From NCBI GenBank assembly GCA_964016885.1, contig OZ024753.1, positions 26,908,001 to 26,972,000 on the forward strand: 64,000 nt of DNA. The letters run 5' to 3'. Below the pieces are notes generated by a model, which was given only the letters and a program-made list of their open reading frames with translations, ran no database searches and was not told the DNA's origin. Every line of letters starts with the position of its first letter. Within the stretch, counting starts at the first letter, position 1. The DNA is from Eledone cirrhosa (lineage: Eukaryota). Positions 55,090 to 64,000 of this stretch are shown here, one piece after another. A program made the position numbers and the translations under genes.

Positions 55090-55701
55090 AAAATATAGCG
55101 ATTCTTGGCATCCTTACCAAGCCCTCTTTGGATTTTAGTCTTCACATATATTATTATTATTGTATATATATGTGTGTGTGTGTATATATATATACACACA
55201 TACATATACATATTTACGAGTTCGGATATGTATTTATAATTTTGGATCTAGTTGTCGAAATGCCCAGAGCTCAGCTGCAGGTTCCTGACTCTTTTCCTAT
55301 TACCCACTCTACCACCCTAAGTTTCGAGTACTCTGGTGCATGATGGTCCACCTGATTCCTTACCACACTTTCGTTGTTATATGTATATATATTTATAAAT
55401 ATATATATATATATATAGATATATATATAAATGTATAAATATATATATATAAATGTATAAATATATATATATATAAAAGTATAAATATATATATGTAAAT
55501 AAAAGTATAAATATCATCATTTCATTTTACGTCCACTTTTCCCTGAGAATTGAACTCACGTCTGAGAATTGAACTCACAACCTTTCGATTGCAAGGCCAA
55601 TGCTCTAACCACTAAGCTATGTGCATCCATATATATATAAATATATATATATAAATGTATAAATATATATATATAAATGTATAAATATATATATATAAAA
55701 G

Positions 55702-55809
<108 letters not shown>

Positions 55810-55940
55810 GTGAGGTTTTTTTTACAAAATGAAAAATAACCGAGGTGTCCTACACGAGTGAAAGTATAAAGAAAAAGAGATGAAATCGAAAATGCAACTG
55901 GAGTCTTATTTTTAAAAAAAATATATATATTTATTTGGTT

Positions 55941-55978
55941 CCTTTACCGGTTTCGCAGTTCTTCTGCTTTTCAAAAGG
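55941..55978 (-). ncRNA. Minimal type-I hammerhead motif with U3-A8 core (GUA)
   Basis: CCTT-TTGAAAA-GCAG AAGAA CTGC-GAAA-CCGG-TA-AAGG. Confidence 0.7.
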
Positions 55979-56104
55979 TGAGTTGAGATGGAGGGTCTGT
56001 GGTTTTTCTCACATCTGGTTGGTCTCTGAATGTTACTTGTTTTATATGGAAAAAGTGGCTCGAAATGCCAGGTTTTTCGAGAAGTAATTTGATTGGTTTG
56101 TCAA

Positions 56105-56590
56105 TAATCAACTGTCGGATTGGCAAAGGAGCCGCAGTTTTCCAGGGCCTGTGCTCAGTCTGGTCATCTTCATGCATTAGCACCAAGACGAAGTTCCGCC
56201 TGTACAAGAGCCTCGTGCTGCCAACAGTGCTTTATGCGAGCGAGACATGGAAGAGTACGGCAAAACTAGAGACACAGTTGAACGCTTTCCAACAGCGGTA
56301 CCTGCGAAAGATCCTTCGTGTGTCCTGGCGTGAGTGAGTGCGAAACGAGGAGATCCTGCGGAGACCCGAGTCGTGGAAGCTACAGAGAGGGGTCACGGAG
56401 CGTTGGTGCCATCTGGCTGGTCATATTCTGTGTCTGCCAAATGAACGGCATTCAAAAACAGCGATGAACTGGACTCCGCCTTGCGGTAAACGGAGGTGGG
56501 GTTGCCCAAGGATTACCTGTCAACGAATTTCCGGAAGGAGCTGATGGCAGTCAACATCACCTGGCGCCGCCTCGAAAAAGCTGCCGCTGA
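56105..56590 (+). pseudogene. RTE-clade (BovB/RTE-1-like) LINE 3' fragment of a separate family
   Basis: RIGKGAAVFQGLCSVW...TKFRLYKSLVLPTVLYASETW...LRKILRVSWRE*VRNEEILRR...GHILCLP...[11 protein letters not shown]. Confidence 0.85.
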
Positions 56591-56797
56591 TATATACAAT
56601 GTATATATATATATATATACATATGTATACACGTACATATTGTATATATATATACTTATTGTATAGATACACACATATTGAATAGATACATATATATATA
56701 TATATATACACAATATTGTATATATATATATATACACACACACATATATATGTATATATAATGTATATATATAGCGTATATATATATATATATATAT

Positions 56798-56845
<48 letters not shown>

Positions 56846-56850
56846 GTATG

Positions 56851-56901
56851 AGCAGCGATTCTTTGCTTAAATTTTAATCTGTTACTTTAATTTATTATTA
56901 T

Positions 56902-56961
<60 letters not shown>

Positions 56962-57091
56962 ATAATAATAAATTTGAAGACTAAAATCCAAAGACGGCTC
57001 GATAAGGCTAAATATATATCAGATATATAAGAACCGTAGAGCAAATATTTATTAAAATAACAGATTAAAATTTAAGCAAAGAATCGCTGCT
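56851..57091. repeat. Nested inverted repeat around (TA)n, unclassified family
   Basis: Perfect 34-bp IR 56851-56884 / 57058-57091 plus inner IR aatttattattattact / agtaataataataaatt. Confidence 0.8.
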
Positions 57092-57094
57092 AAT

Positions 57095-57101
57095 ACATAT
57101 A

Positions 57102-57151
<50 letters not shown>

Positions 57152-57878
57152 ATATATATATATATATATATTGTATATATATATATATATATATATTTTG
57201 TATATATATATATATATATATATTTTGTATATATATATATATATATTTTGTATATATATATATATATATTTTGTATATATATATATATATTTTGTATATA
57301 TATATATATATATTTTGTATATATATATATATATTTTGTATATATATATATTTTGTATATATATATATATATTTTGTATATATATATATATTTTGTATAT
57401 ATATATATATTTTGTATATATATATATTTTGTATATATATATATATATATTTTGTATATATATATATTTTGTATATATATATATATATATATATGTATAT
57501 TTTGTATATATATATATATATTTTGTATATATATATATATATATATATGTATATTTTGTATATATATATATATATTTTGTATATATATATATATATATAT
57601 TGTGTATATATATATTTTGTATATATATATATATATATATATTTTGTATATATATATATATTTTGTATATATATATATATATTTTGTATATATATATATT
57701 TTGTATATATATATATTTTGTATATATATATATATATTTTGTATATATATATATTTTGTATATATATATATATATTTTGTATATATATATATTTTGTACA
57801 TATATTTATATATTTTGTATATATATATATATATATATATTTTGTATATATATATATTGTGTATATATATATATATAT
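57095..57878. repeat. (TA)n array with TTTTG interruptions
   Basis: Direct reading. Confidence 0.95.
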
Positions 57879-58150
57879 TCATCATCATCATCATCATCAT
57901 CATTTCATTTAACGTCCGCTTTTCCCTGCTTGCAGGGGTGGGACGGGAACTGATTCTGGCTTGATTTCTACAGCTGGATGCCCTTCCTAACACCAACCTC
58001 ATTTACAGTGAGTGCTGGGTGCTTTTTTGCCGTGGCACCTCCACGACCACTTTGCAGTGGAATGATATGGACCTCAGTCCCTATCATCTCATTTCTACAG
58101 CTGAGTAAACTGGAGCAATGTGTCTTGCTCAAGAAAACAACACATCACCT
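57879..58150 (-). mobile_element. SINE family A, head lost
   Basis: Homologous to 14604-14878. Confidence 0.88.
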
Positions 58151-58301
58151 GTGTATATATATATATATATATATTGTGTATATATATATATATATTGTGT
58201 ATATATATATATATATATTGTATATATATATATTGTGTATATATATATATATATATTGTGTATATATATATATATATATATTTTGTGTATATATATATAT
58301 A

Positions 58302-58718
58302 TCATCAACATCATCATTTCACGTCCGTTCTTCCACGCTAGCATGGGTTCGACGGGTTGTCCTGTTGTGGGCAGTGTCCGGTCGGCTGACCTTGTCTTGG
58401 TCGTACGGCAACTGATTCTGGCTTGATTTCTACAGCTGGATGCCCTTCCTCGCACCACCCTCATTCACAGTGAGTACTGGGTGCTTTTTTCACATGGCGC
58501 TCACACGTCCACTTTACAGTGTGGGCTGGGTGCTTTTGTGCTGTGACACCTTCACGACCACTTATCAGTGGGAGGGTGTGGGGCATATTGTCTATATGCT
58601 TCAGCTTTGGCTTGTACCCGTGGGGGGGTCAGGTCTTCTGTATTAATGTCCAGAGGTCATGATCGTGCGCCATCGCCTTTGACAGGTGTAATTGGTTAAG
58701 GTCGGCTTTTATCACCTC
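58302..58718 (-). mobile_element. RTE family A 3' end
   Basis: Reverse complement aligns to 38612-38998 including [12 protein letters not shown]. Confidence 0.85.
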
Positions 58719-59121
58719 ATCATCATCATCATTTTACGTCCGCTTAATATATATATATATACACATATATGTATATACATATCATTATCATCATCTTCGT
58801 TTAACGTCCATTTTCCATGCTAGCATAGAAATATATGCATTCATATATATATACACATATATGTATATACATTCATATATATATATATACACATTCATAT
58901 ATATATGTATATACATTCATATATATATATATACACATTCATATATATATATATACACATTCATATATATATATATACATTCATATATATATATATACAC
59001 ATTCATATATATATATATACATTCATATATATATATATACATATATGTATATACATGCACATATGTATATATATTCATATATATATACACATATATGTAT
59101 AAACATTCATATATATATATA

Positions 59122-59464
59122 TCATCATCATCATCATTTCATTTTACGTCCGCTTTTCCCTGCTTGCAAGGGTGGGACGAGAACTGATTCTGGCTTAATT
59201 TCTACAGCTGGATGCCCTTCCTAACACCAACCTCATTTACAGTGAGTGCTGGGTGCTTTTTTGCCGTGGCACCTACACGTCCACTTCTCAGTGGAATGAT
59301 AGGGAACCCAGTCCCTATCATCTCATTTCTACAGCTGAGTAAACTGGAGCAATGTGAAATAAAGTGTCTTGCTCAAGGAAACAACACATCACCCAGTCTG
59401 AGAATTGAACTCACAACCTTTCGATTGCAAGGCCAATGCTCTAACCACTAAGCCATGTGCCTTC
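59122..59464 (-). mobile_element. SINE family A, full length
   Basis: As 14604-14949. Confidence 0.92.
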
Positions 59465-59466
59465 AT

Positions 59467-59618
59467 AGTGCATTACTGGTACTTTATTTTATCGACCCCG
59501 TAAGGATGAAAGGCAAAGTTAACCTCGGCGGGATTTGAACTCAGAATGGCAAGGGACGTAACTCTATGCGTCAAAGCATGGCGTCCGACCCTCTACCGAT
59601 ACTGCCAATCCACCGCCC
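59467..59618 (-). mobile_element. SINE family B head and core without tail, directly upstream of SINE-A
   Basis: gggcggtggattggcagtatcgg...agtaccagtaatgcact. Confidence 0.88.
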
Positions 59619-59978
59619 TATATACATTCATATATATATACATATATATATATGTACATATATATATACATTCATATATATATGTATATATACAAGCATA
59701 TATATATATATATATACATATATATATACATTAATATATATATGTATATATACATGCATATATTTATATACACATATATTCATATATAAATATACATTCA
59801 TATATATATATACACAATCATATCTATATATATAAATATACACAATCATATATATATACATATACACATTCATATATATATATATACACATTCACATATA
59901 TATATATATATATATACACATTCATATATATATATATACACATTCATATATATATATACACATTCATATATATACATT

Positions 59979-60697
59979 CATTGCCAATACAATTTGTTTT
60001 TGTTGATTTATTATCTTAAGTCAAGATAGGCAAACTGTAATATTATTATTAGTTTATTTCAAGCTAGCTAACTTGGTCATTTACAATACAAACATGAATA
60101 TGTTGGGATTTGTGTTTATCAAATATATTAATTTATATTAACCTGTATTACACGGCTCAGAAATACTCTTTCTTTGAGCTATTTCATTGTAAAAGACTGC
60201 CTGAGATTTGAACTCATTATTATTGATTTATCACTGCTCCTTCGTTGAGCTGAATTTAGCCCCATACAAACGGCTGTTATTTCTAGCAGCACGAGTATGT
60301 GACTAGCTAGACACTGGATAACCGTGTGAAATTACCTCGTGCGCTAAACAGTCTTTCTAAATATTTTGAAGTGGAACATACCAATTTTTATAGTGCTTGC
60401 TGAGGAGATGAAAATGCGGTATTTCTTCCACCTTTTCATTATTCGAAACATATTTGGATTTTGAGGTTTAAACCTGTCTACGGAACAGGTTTGATTTTGA
60501 AATTTAAATTTGTCCAAGCACCACGGCCATTGCCAATACAATTTGTTTTTGTTGATTTATTATCTTAAGTCAAGATAGGCAAACTGTAATATTATTATTA
60601 GTATATTTCAATCTAGCTAACTTGGTCATTTACAATACAAACATGAATATGTTGGGATTTGTGTTTATCAAATATATTAATTTATATTAACCTGTAT
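59979..60697 (+). mobile_element. Retrozyme/PLE-like element: 549-bp unit plus 170-bp direct terminal redundancy
   Basis: 59979-60148 is nearly identical to 60528-60697; non-coding; contains hammerhead; flanked by (TA/CATTCA) arrays. Confidence 0.8.
60393..60521 (+). ncRNA. Type-I hammerhead ribozyme motif (GUC) with long stem III
   Basis: GTGCTTG-CTGAGGA-GATGAAAA..TTTTCATTATTC-GAAA-[~28-bp GU-rich hairpin]-GTC-CAAGCAC; predicted cleavage after 60514. Confidence 0.85.
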
Positions 60698-60981
60698 ATA
60701 TATATATACACATTCATATATATATATATACACATTCATATATATATATACATTCATATATATATATACATTCATATATATATATATATATTCACATTCA
60801 TATATATATATACACATATGTATATACATTCATATATATATATATACACATATGTATATACATTCATATATATATACATTCATATATATATATACACTCA
60901 TATATATATATGTATACATTCATATATATATATATACATATATATGTATATACATTCATATATATATATATGTATATATAC

Positions 60982-61467
60982 AAAGGCCGGTTGTATGATG
61001 CCTGTGTGAGGAGCGCGATGCTGCATGGTAGTGAGACATGGGCAGCAACCGCAGAGGATATGCGACGGCTGGAGAGAAATGAGGCAAGCATGCTCCGTTG
61101 GATGTGCAGTGTAAATGTGCGTGAACGACCCAGCATAAATGTGTTGAGAGAGAAACTGTGTCTGAGAGGGATAGAATGTAGTGTACGGGAGAAGAGACTG
61201 AAGTGGTATGGACATGTGATGCGCATGGAGGATGACCGATGGGTGAAGAAGTGCCAGGAAATGCCAGTTGAAGGAAGACGTGGTAGAGGTAGACCACAAA
61301 AAACATGGGCGGAGGTGGTGAGAACAGACCTCAGATCATTGAAGCTCACGGTGGAGATGACGAGGGACCGTGACGAGTGGAGAGATGCTGTGCTGAATAA
61401 GACCCGTCCCACCCTTGCAAGCAGGGAAAAGCGGACGTAAAATGATGATGATGATGATGATGATGAT
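60982..61467 (+). mobile_element. RTE LINE family C, 3' fragment, open frame
   Basis: [20 protein letters not shown]...RLKWYGHV...[13 protein letters not shown] then (GAT)n. Confidence 0.92.
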
Positions 61468-61838
61468 ATGTATATACATTCACATATATATATATATACA
61501 TATATATGTATATACATTCACATATATATATATATACATATATATGTATATACATTCACATATATATATATATATATATACATATATATGTATATACATT
61601 CACATATATATATATATACATTCATATATATGTATATACATTCACATGTATGTATATACATTCACATGTATGTATATACATTCACATATATGTATATACA
61701 TTCACATATATATATATACATTCACATATATATATATATACATTCACATATATGTATATACATTCACATATATGTATATACATTCACATATATATATATA
61801 CATTCATATGTATATATATATACATTCATATGTGTATG

Positions 61839-61888
<50 letters not shown>

Positions 61889-61920
61889 TATGTATATACA
61901 TTCATATATATATATATCTA

Positions 61921-62345
61921 TATCCAAATTTGAATATAGATATATAAATACAGCTCCTTAATTGTAGAGCTAACTCTGTTGAAAGGAATCGACTGCTGTT
62001 TCTAGTTGTCGAATACCTATTCACGCCACTGAGACGAAGCTGCTGTGATGTGTAAACACAACACGTGGTAGCGGCCAGTTGAAGATTTGAACTCGCTGTG
62101 TAAGCATGGATTGCTGGACATTCTTCTTCCTTGTTGATAATCCAAAAATATCCACTTTCCGTGACTTACCATCTGATTAATTGGTGAAATATATTTCTTT
62201 AAGGGAATATATACAGGGAAGATTAATCATATTAAAAGGCATCTATTTTTGAAGTTCTAGTCAACTTTATTTATTTGTTACACAACTAGCTATGCGTAGT
62301 TACACGCTTGTAAAAATTATCTCCTGTGATTATTCATGTTTATAT
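61921..62345 (+). mobile_element. (TA)n-flanked non-coding insert with hammerhead, related to 60149-60527
   Basis: Shares ordered motifs atttgaa, gctcctt, gagct, ctgYtRtttctag with 60205-60286. Confidence 0.55.
62125..62222 (+). ncRNA. Type-I hammerhead motif with U3-A8 core (AUA)
   Basis: TCTTCCTTG-TTGATAA-TCCAA..TTGGT-GAA-ATATATTTCT TTAA GGGAATATAT-A-CAGGGAAGA; first stem II pair is U.U. Confidence 0.65.
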
Positions 62346-62384
62346 ATATGTTAATCAATTCCTAGTTATTATATATATATATAT

Positions 62385-63090
62385 ATTTCGTTTCTGAATT
62401 TGTTTAGCAAGATTCTTTATCTGAAAACGTGTGTTGAAACCTATATTGTTATACTTTGGGAGGGTCATGTTGCCAATAAGAAACACACGCACCAGTTGCT
62501 TTCACTTCAATTTATTATAATAAATTTATAAATTTAGAAATAAAGGGTAAATTAGAGAACATAGAAATAAAAATAGAATCTACACACAGAAAAGATGCAA
62601 TGTTTAGACAAATCACAGAGGCAATAAACATAAATGAACTCCAACCAAATTAAATAGAAAACATGAGTGGAACAGCAACATCACAACTTACAATTAAGGA
62701 CAAAATGAAAACACACACGCACATAGAACAAACAACCAACCAGTAACATGTAAATAAACAAATAAATAAACGAATATAAACACACACAGACACCCGGATG
62801 TAACACATGCGCAAACTAAGCACACAATACACACACAAAAACAAGATGGCGTAGGACAGAACAAAGGAGAGACACAAAAACAAAGGAAAGAATCCCCAAT
62901 CACTGAAGAGGTCACAGAATGTGTGACGAAAGAACTTTGACAATATATAAACAATCATCTGGTTGTGCAACCGACCAACCAAAAATTTATAAATTCCTAA
63001 ATTTATAAATTTATTATAATAAATTGAAGTGAAAGTAACTGGTGCGTGTGTTTCTTATTGGCAACATGACCCTCCCAAGGTATAACAATA
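62385..63090 (+). mobile_element. Penelope-like element 3' end: tail, inverted partial pLTR, GIY-YIG C-terminus, pLTR
   Basis: 62443-62537 is the reverse complement of 62997-63090; 62546-62670 reads GKLENIEIKIESTHRKDAMFRQITEAININELQP/LNRKHEW (one frameshift), the RxxxEAxxIxxxxPxLN motif of PLE GIY-YIG endonucleases. Confidence 0.85.
62899..62941 (+). ncRNA. Minimal type-I hammerhead motif in pLTR
   Basis: Same as 43885-43927 with one stem I mismatch. Confidence 0.58.
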
Positions 63091-63750
63091 TATATATATA
63101 TTCATATATATATATGTATATACATTCATATATATATATATACACACATATATGTATATACATTCATATATATATATATATACACATATATGTATATACA
63201 TTCATATATATATATATACACACATATATGTATATACATTCATATATATATATATACACACATATATGTATATACATTCATATATATATATACACACATA
63301 TATGTATATACATTCATATATATATATATACACATATATGTATCTACATTCATATATATATATATATACACATATATGTATATACATTCATATATATATA
63401 TATATATACACATATATGTATATACATTCATATATATATATATACACATATATGTATATACATTCATATATATATATACACATATATGTATATACATTCA
63501 TATATATATATATACACACATATATATATATACATATATATATTTATATATATAGATATATATATATACATATACATATATATATATACATATATATATA
63601 CATATATACATATATATATACATATATACATATATATATACATATATATATATATATACATATATATATACATATATATATATACATATATATATACATA
63701 TACATATATATATACATATACATATATATACATATATATATACATATACA
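63091..63750. repeat. (TA)n-derived minisatellite (catatatgtatatacattcatatata...)
   Basis: Same unit also at 58835-59120, 60700-60980 and 61468-61920. Confidence 0.93.
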
Positions 63751-63751
63751 T

Positions 63752-64000
63752 GGAGGCACATGGCTTAGTGGTTAGAGCATTGGCCTTGCAATCGAAAGGT
63801 TGTGAGTTCAATTCTCAGACCGGGTGATGTGTTGTTTCCTTGAGCAAGACACTTTATTTCACATTGCTCCAGTTTACTCAGCTGTAGAAATGAGATGATA
63901 GGGACTGGGGTCCATATCATTCCACTGCAAAGTGGTCGTGGAGGTGCCACGGCAAAAAAGCACCCAGCACTCACTGTAAATGAGGTTGGTGTTAGGAAGG
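63752..64000 (+). mobile_element. SINE family A, running off the window end
   Basis: ggaggcacaTGGCTTAGTGG, GAGTTCAATTC, core and RTE-derived segment. Confidence 0.92.

Overview
AT-rich, repeat-dominated eukaryotic DNA, intronic or intergenic. No host protein-coding exon can be supported. The SINE, MITE and RTE families resemble those I associate with octopus (coleoid cephalopod) genomes; this is an inference, not a search result. The window holds 5'-truncated or degenerate RTE-clade LINEs of several families, including one lineage with a C4HC3 PHD-type finger inside the reverse transcriptase. It also holds several tRNA-derived SINE families, TTAA (piggyBac-type), TA (Tc1/mariner-type) and hAT MITEs, CRE-LINE and mariner transposase remnants, a tRNA-Gly pseudogene and very large interrupted (TA)n arrays. 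The signal the ORF track misses is a dense set of type-I hammerhead ribozyme motifs: 9 motifs from about 6 sequence families, carried by short Penelope-like (PLE) or retrozyme-like inserts in or beside (TA)n tracts. Highlights are a 549-bp unit with a 170-bp terminal redundancy and a GUC hammerhead (59979-60697), a ~525-bp palindrome with two divergent hammerheads (43558-44084), a PLE 3' end with a GIY-YIG remnant (62385-63090), and two hammerheads with the U3-A8 compensatory core (55941-55978, 62125-62222). All folding and alignment was done by eye; element boundaries are approximate unless a TSD or TIR is cited.
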